Source: a virus
Lineage: Duplodnaviria > Heunggongvirae > Uroviricota > Caudoviricetes
Strand: one strand, 5' to 3'
Virus record (IMG/VR): IMGVR_UViG_3300018080_000104
Coordinates: 67,454-131,453 of that record
DNA: 64,000 nucleotides
In this document: piece after piece, positions 55,338-64,000 of the stretch
Layout of the letters: every line of letters begins with the position of its first letter
How positions within the stretch are numbered: the first letter of the stretch is position 1
Notes under the pieces: model-generated
Database searches by the model: none
Seen by the model: the letters and a program-made list of their open reading frames with translations, nothing else
What the model was told of the DNA's origin: nothing
Position numbers and translations under genes: made by a program

Positions 55338-55858
55338 TCATGCCTTCCCCAATTCAAGCAATCTGAATTGCAAACATATGCCGTGCAAATAGGCCGCTGC
55401 GCCGAGATTGTCATTGCCGTCGTTCAATGGAGGCATGCGGTGTCGTCCGCAAGGACGGCGTTTGGTATCGTGAACGAGGATAAAACTAATCCATGGGCTG
55501 TTCCACTACTTTCTTCGTAGCTTTGCAGCGTAGTGCCAGCTGCCGTTACGCCGTCATTTAATGCGGTTGCAAGGTATGTTAATTCCCAGTCGCAGTCTTG
55601 TGATATTGTGGCTGTCGACCAGCCTACTAGAACGTAAGCGTCAACAGACGGATCGCCTCGTGCCGGCCATTTAATCGTACCTATCACCTATTGTTCTTGA
55701 TTGTCTGCAAACTCCCATGCACCGAAATCGCCATAATCGGCAAATGTCGCTGGTTTTGTCGGCGGCGCAGCCAGGCCGGAAGCTGGTACCCATATTGTAC
55801 CGTAGTGTGTACCATCGGGCACCAGCTGCTCAGCAGTATGGTTTATGTGTATGGACAT
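55338..55858 (-). pseudogene. disrupted gene downstream of the tail fibre: in-frame TAG plus a frameshift
   Basis: MSIHINH...NQEQ, TAG (55688-55690), then VIGTIKWP...CLH continues in frame; a TGA follows and NDGNDNLGAAAYLHGICLQF appears in another frame. Confidence 0.65.
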
Positions 55859-55862
55859 TGTA

Positions 55863-58800
55863 TTATGCCGGGAAAGTAGTCGACTGCCACCTGACGTTGC
55901 CGCCCCAACGTACATTCAGATTTGAGTCTCCCGCCGCATCTCTTACTTGAATCAGCAAAGCATCGTTGGCATTGTCGGCTACGGCCTGTGCTGCAAAATC
56001 AGTGTCGTCCGAGTTGTCAATCACCGTGACTGTAGGCGTACCTTTCAATGCAGTTGTGCCGCCATCGTTCACAATGCATCCTTCGATTCGGAATGCAAAT
56101 GTTTCGGCAGCCCCTTGTGTAATGCCGCTTATCAATACATCAAACGTCAATACTGCGTCTGTCGGAACAGTGAGCAGTTCGGTGCCAGTATTGCCATCTG
56201 CATATAATGTCCACCAACCCGCGGTACTGTGCGTAACTTGCCTACGGATACTTAATTCACCATTCTGACAATCCCCATCGGCTGCAAATCTTCCAGAGGC
56301 TTGGGCTCTTTCACCGTATCTAGAAGTTACTGCTTGATACCCGCCGTCAATATGCGAAAAATTCGCATCCGTTGTGTTTGCTTGCCCTCCAGCAATTACA
56401 GCGGCTGTCCCAGTTGCACTATTCTGGTAGCCGCCACCAATGAAGCTATAATTACTGCTCGTTTCAATAGTATTTTCTCGGCCGCCTCCAATTGCACCAT
56501 ACAGACTTGCGATTTCGTTATCGTATCCACCAGCAATCGCAGCATAGGTAATTACATTATTTATCGTGTTCTGATAACCACCTCCAATAAATCCATAATT
56601 ACCACTTATGCTGTGTCCGCTGCCGCCACCGATGAAGCAATAAGTCCTAGCTGGCGATATGGAATTGTTGGCACCTCCAACAATGCTGCCATAATCTGCA
56701 TCATTGGAGATCGTGTTTGTAAGACCTGCACCAACGAACGCATAGTTTGCAGTGTTTGTATCGTTAGTCTTGCCGCCGCAAATTGCACTGCATACTCCTG
56801 CGTTTAGATTCGACCACCCTCCGCAAATGACGCCGTATTGTCCGGTTGTAATTGTGTTCGATAAGCCCCCGCCAATAAAGTGGTAATAGTAGCTACTAAT
56901 TGAGTTTGTCTTACCGCCACAAACAACACTATGCGTTGACGAAACCGTAATGTCTTCGCCGGCACCAATAAATGAACAGGTGCCTGAAGCTACCATTGCA
57001 GCATTACTGCGGATTGTACACAAATCTACGGAGTTTTCACCTCTTGCATTACCATCTGTGGCTCCGTCATTAGTTGCTTGGATATCATAAGTGTGATCCG
57101 TCCCTTGAACAGTGCCGCCGCCGCCCGCTGCCGGATTTTGCCAAGTGCCCACGCCATTGGCGTCCGCGGTCAAGATTTTTCCGGCGCCCTCGTTGCCGTC
57201 TACGATTTGGAAGCCATCGACCTTGAAGTAGGCGAGATTGGCAGCGGCTGGGCCATATGCGCCGGCGGTGTTGAATACGAAACAGTTGTTGTAACCGCTG
57301 TCGGTAGCGCCAAAACCGCAGCATACTGAATAGTTGCCTGCCGCCGTATTACTCTTACCGCCTAGAACTGTCGAATAGTATCCGCTGGCAGTATTATAGC
57401 CACCGCCGCTAACTGTTGGTACATATCCGCCACCGGCAGTATTATTTGAGCCGCCTGCAACAGTGGCAGCGGCTCCGCTGGCCGTATTATTCGTGCCGCC
57501 GCCAACAGTGCTATGGGAATTGGTCGTATCGTTGTTTTGTCCACCACCGATAAAAGCGTGTGTACCTGCAGTTTTGATTTCGTTTCCTTGGCCGCCGCCG
57601 ATTGTGCCATAGTTACGCCCTGCGGTTATGCTGTTGCTGTTGCCGCCACCTATAGTAGCATAATCGGAGCCAGCAGCATTCGAATGACCTCCGCCAACAA
57701 AAACGTAATCATCTGTAGCGTCGTTCTGCCAGCCGCCACAAATACACGCAAACGTTCCTGCAGTTTTGATTTCGTTTTGATAGCCGCCGCCAATAAAACC
57801 ACCAGTACGAGCAGCTGCAATAGAATTTTGCCAACCTCCGCTAATCACTGAAGCTATTGCGGCTGTGCTGTTGTAAGTTCCGCCGCCGATGCTTGCATAA
57901 TTGGCACTCGCCGTGTTATTGGTACCGCCTGCCACTGTACTTCCAGCGCCGCCTGCAGTGTTTATATGACCGCCACCGACTGTAGCGTAACCGCTAGATG
58001 CAGTGTTGTAATCGCCGCCGCCGATAAATGTATGTACAGCACTTGCTGTATTGGCATAGCCACCGCCGATAGTAGCATAGTTGGCACTTATAGTATTGAT
58101 AAGGCCGCCACCAATTACGGCGTAACTGGGATTAGCAGCCGCTGCATTATTGCTGTAGCCGCCACCGATAAAGCAATAGTAGCGTGCACTATTCTTGTAT
58201 CCGCCGCATACTGCACTGTAATCATCTGCAAGGTTGCTCCGTCCACCAGCAATCGTTGCATAGCCTACATAGCCGGACGAAGTAACGCGGTTATAGCGCC
58301 CGCCGCCAACAGTACCATAATTGCCGACTGCGCGATTGTCGTAGCCGCCGCCAACAGTGCTATGGGCGTTAGTAGCAGTATTGTCTTGGCCGCCGCCGAC
58401 TGTGCCGTAATTGCCGCCTGCAGAATTACCAGTGCCGCCGCCGACCGTGGCATCGGTACCGTTTGCCGTATTTGTGCTGCCGCCACTGATTGTGCTGTAT
58501 GTGCCGGATGCGGTATTGTAGCCGCCGCCGCCGACGGATGCGCCTACAGCGCTTGCTGTGTTGACATAGCCGCCGCCGATAGTTGTCCATCCGGCAAGCG
58601 CATCGTTGTTTTGTCCACCACCGATAAAAGCGTGCGTGCCAGCGGTTTTGATTTCGTTTCCTTGGCCGCCGCCGATTGTACCGTATGTTCGTGATGCAGC
58701 TATACTATTGGTGTAGCCACCACCAACAGTCGAATAGGCGCTGCTCACTGTGTTCTCGCGGCCGCCACCGATAGTAGAGTTATCGCCGGTAGCCGTATGC

Positions 58801-61376
58801 TTTTGGCCGCCACTGATTGTAGAGAATTTTCCGGCAACTACTTCTGTTATTGTACCGCCAACTACGCCTGTCGCCTGGTTGACTGTCGAAGCGGCATTCG
58901 TATTATGGGCACATCCGCCACCAACGGTAGCACCGACGGCGCCGGCCCAATTGGTATTGCCCCCCGTTATCGTTGTAAAATCGGCACTGGCCGCGCCGCC
59001 GGCTTTATTATTTCGACCACCACCGACAGTAGAATTGTCTCCATTCGCGGTATTAGTATTACCGCCACCGATAGTGGAATAGTAACCACTTGCAGTATTA
59101 TCTATGCCACCACCAACAACAGAATAAGCACCACTACCTGTGTTTAGCCATCCGCCGCCCACTGTAGCATGATCCTGCGATGCTGTGTTCTCTTCGCCGC
59201 CCGCGACCACTGTGGCCCGAGCAGAAGCTGTATTAGAACGTCCGCCGCCAATCGTCGAGTACGCACCACTGGCAGTTCCGTAATACCCGCCTCCGATTGT
59301 GGCATGCACATCGCTTGCTGTATTGACATAGCCGCCGCCGATAGTTGTCCATCCGGCAAGCGCATCGTTGTTTTGTCCACCACCGATAAAAGCGTGCGTG
59401 CCAGCGATTTTGATTTCGTTGTCTTGGCCGCCGCCGATAAAACCGTAATCGCGAGACTGCGAAATTACGTTGTACACCCCGCCGCATACCGCAGCCCCGG
59501 TTGCAGGAGCTATGTTGCCGTGGCCGCCCGCCACGATCGTGTAGTATGCGCTTGACGTGTTGGCATAGCCGCCGCCAACCGTGCTATACTTGCCGCTTGC
59601 TGTATGGAATTTACCGCCACCAATAGTCGCGTATTCGCCGGTTGCGACGTTTATGTATCCACCGCCAATTGTCACGTAGTTGTTTGTGGCGTCGTTCGCA
59701 TAGCCGCCGCCGATAAACTGGTGAGTGCCGGCAGTCTTGATCTCGTTGTTTTGACCGCCGCCGATAACACTATGCGTGCGGTCTGCAGTAATGCTATTGG
59801 TATAACCGCCGCCAATAATCGAATAGGCGCTGCTTACTGTATTTTCTCGGCCGCCGCCGATAGTAGCGTTATCGCCGGTAACCGTATGTTTTTGTCCGCC
59901 GCTGATCGTAGAGAATTTTCCGGCAACAACTTCTGTGACCGTGCCGGTTACTTCTCCGGTTGCCTGATCAACTGCCGAAGCTGCATTCGTGTTGTGTGCG
60001 ACACCGCCGCCAATAGTTACAGCAATACCGCCCGCCCAGTTCGTGTCGCCTCCTGCGATTGTGGCTCGTGCAGCATCGGCAGCCCCGCCAGCGTAGTTGC
60101 GAAAGCCGCCGCCGATTGTTGTATGAGTCCCGCTTGCAGTGTTCACATAGCCGCCGCCGATCGTGGCATAAACTCCGCTTGCAGTATTCGCATAGCCGCC
60201 GGCAATTGTTGTATGGTCGTTTATGGCGCTATTAGTCATGCCGCCGCCGACTGTGGCGCCTACGTTTGCGGCTGCGTTGAAATAACCGCCGCCAATTGTC
60301 GCATAATAGGCACTGGCCGTGTTGTTGTAGCCGCCGCCGATCGTTGCAATGTAGGCGCTGGCCGTATTGCCGATACCGCCGGCAATTGTGCCGTAATGCG
60401 CGTTAACCGTGTTTCGGACGCCGCCACCGATTGTCGTGTGGTTGGCCGAAGCAGTGTTGTCATAACCGCCGCCGACGGTTGCATATAACGCGGAAGCAGT
60501 ATTTGCGCCGCCTCCGCCAATTGCAGAGTAATATCCGCTGGCAGTGTTTGAGCCGCCGCCGGCGATAGTAGCGCTGTCGCCGGCTGCCGTATTGCTGTAG
60601 CCGCCGCCGATAGTCGAGTAGTCTCCCGTTGCCGCATGCCCCCGGCCAGCGCCGACGGTAGAATAAGCACCGCCGGCATTGTTGTTGTAGCCTCCAAGCA
60701 CGGCCGACACGATCCCGTTGGCAATATTCCATGCGCCTCCGCCGACTGCACAATATCCGGCTGATGCCGAATTGGAAAAACCACCTACCACGCTGTCAAA
60801 TATGGCAAGCGCTGCGTTGGCCATGCCGCCGCCTATAGTCGATGCTGCCAACACCGCCCGGTTGTAGACACCGCCGCCGACGGTCGACATATAACCGCTG
60901 CTCGTGTTATAGATACCTCCACCGATAACAGAGCCTATGCCACTCGCCACCTGTGTGGCAGCCCCGCGGGCTGTCTGGAGGTCGACAGAACCTTCGCCAC
61001 GAGCATTGCCCGCTACCAGGCCCTGGTTGTTGGCGCGGATATTAAGCAGGTTCACGCCGGTCGGCTGCAGCGTGCCGGCAGCCACGGCTGCCGCGTTCAA
61101 GAGCGTCCACACGGCAGCGCCCGGCACGGCGCTCGTGCACATGTACACGTTGCCGGTCGCCGTATTGATCCACTTGGAGTATGGATAGAAACGGATACCG
61201 ATACCTGCCGTATCTGCGTTATCGTTGTTCACGCCCGGATTGCCAGCAAAGCGACGCTCCGTGGGTGCCCGGTCTGCCAAGATCCGCAGATCGTCGACAA
61301 TCATGTCTCCGCCATTGCCACTTGGCACCTTGCTGGGGACGTCGATACCCTTGTAGTCCACCCGTGTGATGGCCAT
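55863..61376 (-). CDS. long tail fibre/adhesin, 1837 aa, built from ~14-aa (S/T)(I/V)GGGxxNxA repeats (trimeric beta-roll-like)
   Basis: Dozens of GGG-x-x-N repeats; two copies of a GNARG-x-x-SVDL module; G.GKILT.DANG.GTW neck motif. Confidence 0.85.
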   Translation of the reverse strand: MAITRVDYKGIDVPSKVPSGNGGDMIVDDLRILADRAPTERRFAGNPGVNNDNADTAGIGIRFYPYSKWINTATGNVYMCTSAVPGAAVWTLLNAAAVAAGTLQPTGVNLLNIRANNQGLVAGNARGEGSVDLQTARGAATQVASGIGSVIGGGIYNTSSGYMSTVGGGVYNRAVLAASTIGGGMANAALAIFDSVVGGFSNSASAGYCAVGGGAWNIANGIVSAVLGGYNNNAGGAYSTVGAGRGHAATGDYSTIGGGYSNTAAGDSATIAGGGSNTASGYYSAIGGGGANTASALYATVGGGYDNTASANHTTIGGGVRNTVNAHYGTIAGGIGNTASAYIATIGGGYNNTASAYYATIGGGYFNAAANVGATVGGGMTNSAINDHTTIAGGYANTASGVYATIGGGYVNTASGTHTTIGGGFRNYAGGAADAARATIAGGDTNWAGGIAVTIGGGVAHNTNAASAVDQATGEVTGTVTEVVAGKFSTISGGQKHTVTGDNATIGGGRENTVSSAYSIIGGGYTNSITADRTHSVIGGGQNNEIKTAGTHQFIGGGYANDATNNYVTIGGGYINVATGEYATIGGGKFHTASGKYSTVGGGYANTSSAYYTIVAGGHGNIAPATGAAVCGGVYNVISQSRDYGFIGGGQDNEIKIAGTHAFIGGGQNNDALAGWTTIGGGYVNTASDVHATIGGGYYGTASGAYSTIGGGRSNTASARATVVAGGEENTASQDHATVGGGWLNTGSGAYSVVGGGIDNTASGYYSTIGGGNTNTANGDNSTVGGGRNNKAGGAASADFTTITGGNTNWAGAVGATVGGGCAHNTNAASTVNQATGVVGGTITEVVAGKFSTISGGQKHTATGDNSTIGGGRENTVSSAYSTVGGGYTNSIAASRTYGTIGGGQGNEIKTAGTHAFIGGGQNNDALAGWTTIGGGYVNTASAVGASVGGGGYNTASGTYSTISGGSTNTANGTDATVGGGTGNSAGGNYGTVGGGQDNTATNAHSTVGGGYDNRAVGNYGTVGGGRYNRVTSSGYVGYATIAGGRSNLADDYSAVCGGYKNSARYYCFIGGGYSNNAAAANPSYAVIGGGLINTISANYATIGGGYANTASAVHTFIGGGDYNTASSGYATVGGGHINTAGGAGSTVAGGTNNTASANYASIGGGTYNSTAAIASVISGGWQNSIAAARTGGFIGGGYQNEIKTAGTFACICGGWQNDATDDYVFVGGGHSNAAGSDYATIGGGNSNSITAGRNYGTIGGGQGNEIKTAGTHAFIGGGQNNDTTNSHSTVGGGTNNTASGAAATVAGGSNNTAGGGYVPTVSGGGYNTASGYYSTVLGGKSNTAAGNYSVCCGFGATDSGYNNCFVFNTAGAYGPAAANLAYFKVDGFQIVDGNEGAGKILTADANGVGTWQNPAAGGGGTVQGTDHTYDIQATNDGATDGNARGENSVDLCTIRSNAAMVASGTCSFIGAGEDITVSSTHSVVCGGKTNSISSYYYHFIGGGLSNTITTGQYGVICGGWSNLNAGVCSAICGGKTNDTNTANYAFVGAGLTNTISNDADYGSIVGGANNSISPARTYCFIGGGSGHSISGNYGFIGGGYQNTINNVITYAAIAGGYDNEIASLYGAIGGGRENTIETSSNYSFIGGGYQNSATGTAAVIAGGQANTTDANFSHIDGGYQAVTSRYGERAQASGRFAADGDCQNGELSIRRQVTHSTAGWWTLYADGNTGTELLTVPTDAVLTFDVLISGITQGAAETFAFRIEGCIVNDGGTTALKGTPTVTVIDNSDDTDFAAQAVADNANDALLIQVRDAAGDSNLNVRWGGNVRWQSTTFPA
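58561..58644. repeat. 84-bp exact direct repeat within the tail fibre gene (other copy 59323..59406)
   Basis: Compared base by base. Confidence 0.9.
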
Positions 61377-61405
61377 AAGTGCTTCCTTTCACCGCTTGAC
61401 TGCAT

Positions 61406-61711
61406 TCAGCGATTGTCGCCGCGATCCGTATTGGCAACAACCATGTAATCGATCGTAGCTGTGCCTCCGCCGTGTCCGCGGGCACGCACCCTGTAAATAC
61501 CGCCAGCGTCCTTGTTATTCAGGCGAAATACGATATCGCGGCCCTGCCGTACGGCTGCCCAATCGCTGCCATGCAGGCCTTCTACGCGCACTTCGATCCA
61601 CGTTGCCGACGTGTCCACGCAATGGACCAGAAAGGCAGTGCACCCGCCATCCGACGGCGAATAGAGTTCAACGGCCGCGTTTACTTCCAGCCCAATCGCC
61701 GCTTTTGCCAT
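61406..61711 (-). CDS. small hypothetical virion protein
   Basis: AGGAG ribosome-binding site. Confidence 0.6.
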   Translation of the reverse strand: MAKAAIGLEVNAAVELYSPSDGGCTAFLVHCVDTSATWIEVRVEGLHGSDWAAVRQGRDIVFRLNNKDAGGIYRVRARGHGGGTATIDYMVVANTDRGDNR

Positions 61712-61726
61712 TGGATTTTCTCCTAC

Positions 61727-61767
61727 AAAGACAAAAGCGGTGGGACTGCGTGTAGAGTCCCACCGCT
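61727..61767 (-). terminator. intrinsic terminator
   Basis: 12-bp perfect stem AGCGGTGGGACT/AGTCCCACCGCT followed by TTTGTCTTT on the minus strand. Confidence 0.75.
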
Positions 61768-61807
61768 GCGAGTGTCGAAACCGAAAAGCTGGGCAATGTA
61801 CCTATCG

Positions 61808-62182
61808 CTAGTCATCGCATACAAGCGACGACGAGCTGTAGGAACCCCAGCACGGGTCGGCAGCGGCAAATGCGCCGTTGTCGAGAGTCAGAATCTGGGT
61901 GTCGTCCAGCGTTTCGTCGTACAAATGCACCGCCGGGCTCTTCACAAGCACCATAACGGGTGAATCGCCCGCGATGGCTTCTTCCAACGACCTCCGGCCA
62001 CGCTCGTTCGGCGTGTATTTCGCGAGGTAGTGTTGGATATCGCCCCAGAAGGACAATTCTTCGCCGCAAGCGAGGCGGCGGCCATGCGGCGGCAAAAAGC
62101 CGAAGAATTTCTCGGTCAATGCGATGTTTCGCACTGTCGAGTAAAGACATTCGGTGGCCGCATTAGGAGTATTGATAGCCAT
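61808..62182 (-). CDS. hypothetical head-associated protein
   Basis: GGAAGG upstream; lies in the capsid region. Confidence 0.65.
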   Translation of the reverse strand: MAINTPNAATECLYSTVRNIALTEKFFGFLPPHGRRLACGEELSFWGDIQHYLAKYTPNERGRRSLEEAIAGDSPVMVLVKSPAVHLYDETLDDTQILTLDNGAFAAADPCWGSYSSSSLVCDD

Positions 62183-62259
62183 TGGTCACCTTCCATGTGT
62201 TAACCAAAGCGTCTAGTAAATTCGCCACAGCAAGACGGCTTTTGCCGTTTGCTGTCCGG

Positions 62260-62688
62260 TTACTCTTCTTTCGCGTTTTCTTCGGTTTTGTCCTTGGCAA
62301 GCTCGCCGCCAGCGATCACGTGATTGAAAATCAACGCGGCTGCCTTAGCAAGCTCGTCGGACTGCACCGCTTCTGCGGCAAACTTGTTGAGCGTCTCATC
62401 GACGTCTTCCTGCGTCGCTTGCGGACGAAATCGATCGAGTACGGCCGCCAAGAACGGATTCGTCTGTTCCTGAGCGACTGCTGCCGCCGACTTGTACTGC
62501 CCTTTAGCCTCAGCGCGATGCAACATGGCGCCGATTTCCAGCAACTGACCAGCTTCGGCTTCTGTTCTGGGCTCGATACCGAGCGAAGACAGCTTTTCGA
62601 AGAAGGCCGGAGCGTGAATTTCGGCGGCCATGTAATTGCAAGCTGCTTCCGCTTGCGATTCCGTTGGCAGAGTAATGGTATCGGGCAT
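62260..62688 (-). CDS. hypothetical head-associated protein
   Basis: GGAAG upstream; ORF follows the HNH gene. Confidence 0.65.
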   Translation of the reverse strand: MPDTITLPTESQAEAACNYMAAEIHAPAFFEKLSSLGIEPRTEAEAGQLLEIGAMLHRAEAKGQYKSAAAVAQEQTNPFLAAVLDRFRPQATQEDVDETLNKFAAEAVQSDELAKAAALIFNHVIAGGELAKDKTEENAKEE

Positions 62689-62690
62689 TG

Positions 62691-63404
62691 TTAATCTTCC
62701 TTTGGTAGTGGTATGCCCTTATGGGCCTTCTTGTTACAAGTTGGACACAACACTCGGAAACCGTGCGGGTAGTTGTTTGCTTTGAGCCAGCGGTAAATAT
62801 TGTTACCGGGGCCGATATCGCGGCGATGTTTACAACCGCCGCCGTCGATATGATCGATTTCTAGGATTTCGTAATCTTTGCAGCCACAGCCCGCACATTC
62901 TGGGCCGCCGTATGCGTCGATTGCTTCCCGTCTATACCGGGCATTCGTAGCAGTGTCTCTGTCACGGCAGCGTTGGCACTGCTTGTAACCTTCTGCTGGC
63001 TCCCGGCCGCATTGCGGACATTTGCCCGCTGCTTTGAACTCATAGTACTGTTTCATGCGCAAATCGGTCATTCGTTGGCTGCAAGGTTTACAGACCGTTT
63101 TGCCGTCCATTGCGGCTCGCTGTCCGCAAGCCTGGCATAATCCAACAGCTTTACGCTTCTGCGCGGCTTTCTTGGCGGACTCAGCCCCCACGGCAAGGCA
63201 GTGGTCGCATTTGGTCTTAGACCGCTTGCTGACTGGCCTACCGCAATTAACGCAGCTGCCTGCTGCCGCATGCCTTTCACGCTTGGCTTTTGCCCTTACG
63301 CGCTCTTTCTCTTTGCAAATATCGCAAAGGGATCCGCCATTGTCGTTTGGCTCACCGCATTTACCGCAAAGGCCGGCAGCCAGTCGCTCTTTGTACTTCG
63401 TCAT
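62691..63404 (-). CDS. HNH endonuclease with four tandem N-terminal zinc-ribbon repeats
   Basis: Four G-x-C-x-x-CG...C-x-x-C units, then CAGCG...IDHIDGGG...VLCPTCNKKAH; start MTKYKE after GGAG. Confidence 0.8.
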   Translation of the reverse strand: MTKYKERLAAGLCGKCGEPNDNGGSLCDICKEKERVRAKAKRERHAAAGSCVNCGRPVSKRSKTKCDHCLAVGAESAKKAAQKRKAVGLCQACGQRAAMDGKTVCKPCSQRMTDLRMKQYYEFKAAGKCPQCGREPAEGYKQCQRCRDRDTATNARYRREAIDAYGGPECAGCGCKDYEILEIDHIDGGGCKHRRDIGPGNNIYRWLKANNYPHGFRVLCPTCNKKAHKGIPLPKED

Positions 63405-63439
63405 CGTACATCTCCATAGTGTTGATTGGTGATATTCGG

Positions 63440-63468
63440 ATTCTAGCAAATCCGAGCGGCCGTGTCAA
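63440..63468 (-). promoter_or_regulatory. near-consensus sigma70 promoter for the HNH gene
   Basis: TTGACA (63468-63463), 17-nt spacer, TAGAAT (63445-63440). Confidence 0.8.
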
Positions 63469-63590
63469 CACTACGATGAATACTACCATGCATGTTAATC
63501 GTCATAACTAACATTCATCGCAGTATTCAGCACGATTGCTGAGTGTTGCGTCCAAATTGTCAAAGATCAAACGTATCACAAAGCCAGTAT

Positions 63591-63614
63591 GCCCCGCGAC
63601 CGCGGTCGCGGGGC
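63591..63614. repeat. perfect 24-bp palindrome GCCCCGCGACCGCGGTCGCGGGGC just after the capsid gene
   Basis: Sequence equals its own reverse complement. Confidence 0.85.
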
Positions 63615-63631
63615 CACACTGGTGGTCTAGG

Positions 63632-64000
63632 TCAAGCAAAGTCCGCGCGGGCCAATCCGCCGGTATGGCCGATCGATCCGCCGAGCGTTTCGTAGCAAAA
63701 GAACTCCAGCATGTAGGCCTCACGCTTCACGTGCATCGTAGTATCTTCCAAAAGATACGACTTGCCAATGAAGCGAGGATCGGCAAAAAAGAACATAGTG
63801 TCGTCAGGGATAAGATCCCGTTTAATGCTTATGATCCATTTTGCGTTCATGAAATCGATCTCGCTCCACCCGTTCTTCAACAGGTCTTGCGAATAATCCC
63901 CGCCGATTTCGTCCCGCCCCCATTTCATGATCTCGCGGATCGTGACGTTGTTGACCAGGACGGTATTGACTTCGAGGTGACTCGGAGTCTTCGGCATGAT
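63632..64000 (-). CDS. probable major capsid protein, C-terminal part (start lies outside the window)
   Basis: F.CYETLGGSIGHTGGLARADF C-terminus resembles large-phage capsid proteins; heads the structural operon. Confidence 0.6.
   Translation of the reverse strand: MMPKTPSHLEVNTVLVNNVTIREIMKWGRDEIGGDYSQDLLKNGWSEIDFMNAKWIISIKRDLIPDDTMFFFADPRFIGKSYLLEDTTMHVKREAYMLEFFCYETLGGSIGHTGGLARADFA

Noticed and set aside
55688-55690. Genome-wide TAG recoding (genetic code 15)
   Set aside because: Long genes are intact under code 11, TAG acts as a true stop before coupled genes (for example 40094), and the affected gene also has a frameshift
55863-61376. Diversity-generating retroelement acting on the tail fibre
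   Set aside because: No reverse transcriptase in the window, the repeats lie within the coding repeat region, and the differences are not adenine-specific
536-63723. Numerous plus-strand and alternative-frame ORFs in the track (for example 51026..51652, 57966..58694, 59604..60488)
   Set aside because: They are shadows of well-supported minus-strand genes, especially over repetitive GC-rich coding sequence, with no motifs or ribosome-binding sites
27230-64000. Tailocin or extracellular contractile injection system rather than a phage
   Set aside because: A terminase, a probable capsid protein, neck proteins and replication genes are present in the same window

Overview
A 64-kb segment of a large contractile-tailed (myovirus-like, probably jumbo) bacteriophage genome. 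Nearly all genes lie on the minus strand. 27.2-64 kb is a virion operon: C-terminal part of a probable major capsid protein, a zinc-ribbon HNH nuclease with its own sigma70-type promoter, a 1837-aa GGxxN-repeat tail fibre, a sulfotransferase, neck, sheath, tube and baseplate genes, a FliA/WhiG-like sigma factor, a papain-like peptidase, a Ser/Cys-rich repeat protein and a GT9+GT2 glycosyltransferase. An IsrB/omega-RNA (OMEGA) cassette bounded by a 16-bp inverted repeat is inserted near the end of this operon. 0-27 kb holds replication and accessory genes (NAD-dependent ligase, RNase H, primase-like protein, Gp88-like, SWIM, DUF3150-like, a DUF2997/DUF1257/AAA triad) plus a plus-strand terminase. 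The most notable feature is a Ro60/TROVE gene (24685-26340) preceded by about 590 bp with no convincing ORF. This stretch has a promoter and four predicted Y-RNA-like stems, each with GGCCGAA on the 5' strand and YUAGC on the 3' strand. One stem encloses a tRNA core with a 3-nt 'anticodon' loop, one abuts the ro60 ribosome-binding site, and a separate degenerate tRNA-like element lies between them. All family assignments come from motif recognition by eye; no searches were run.
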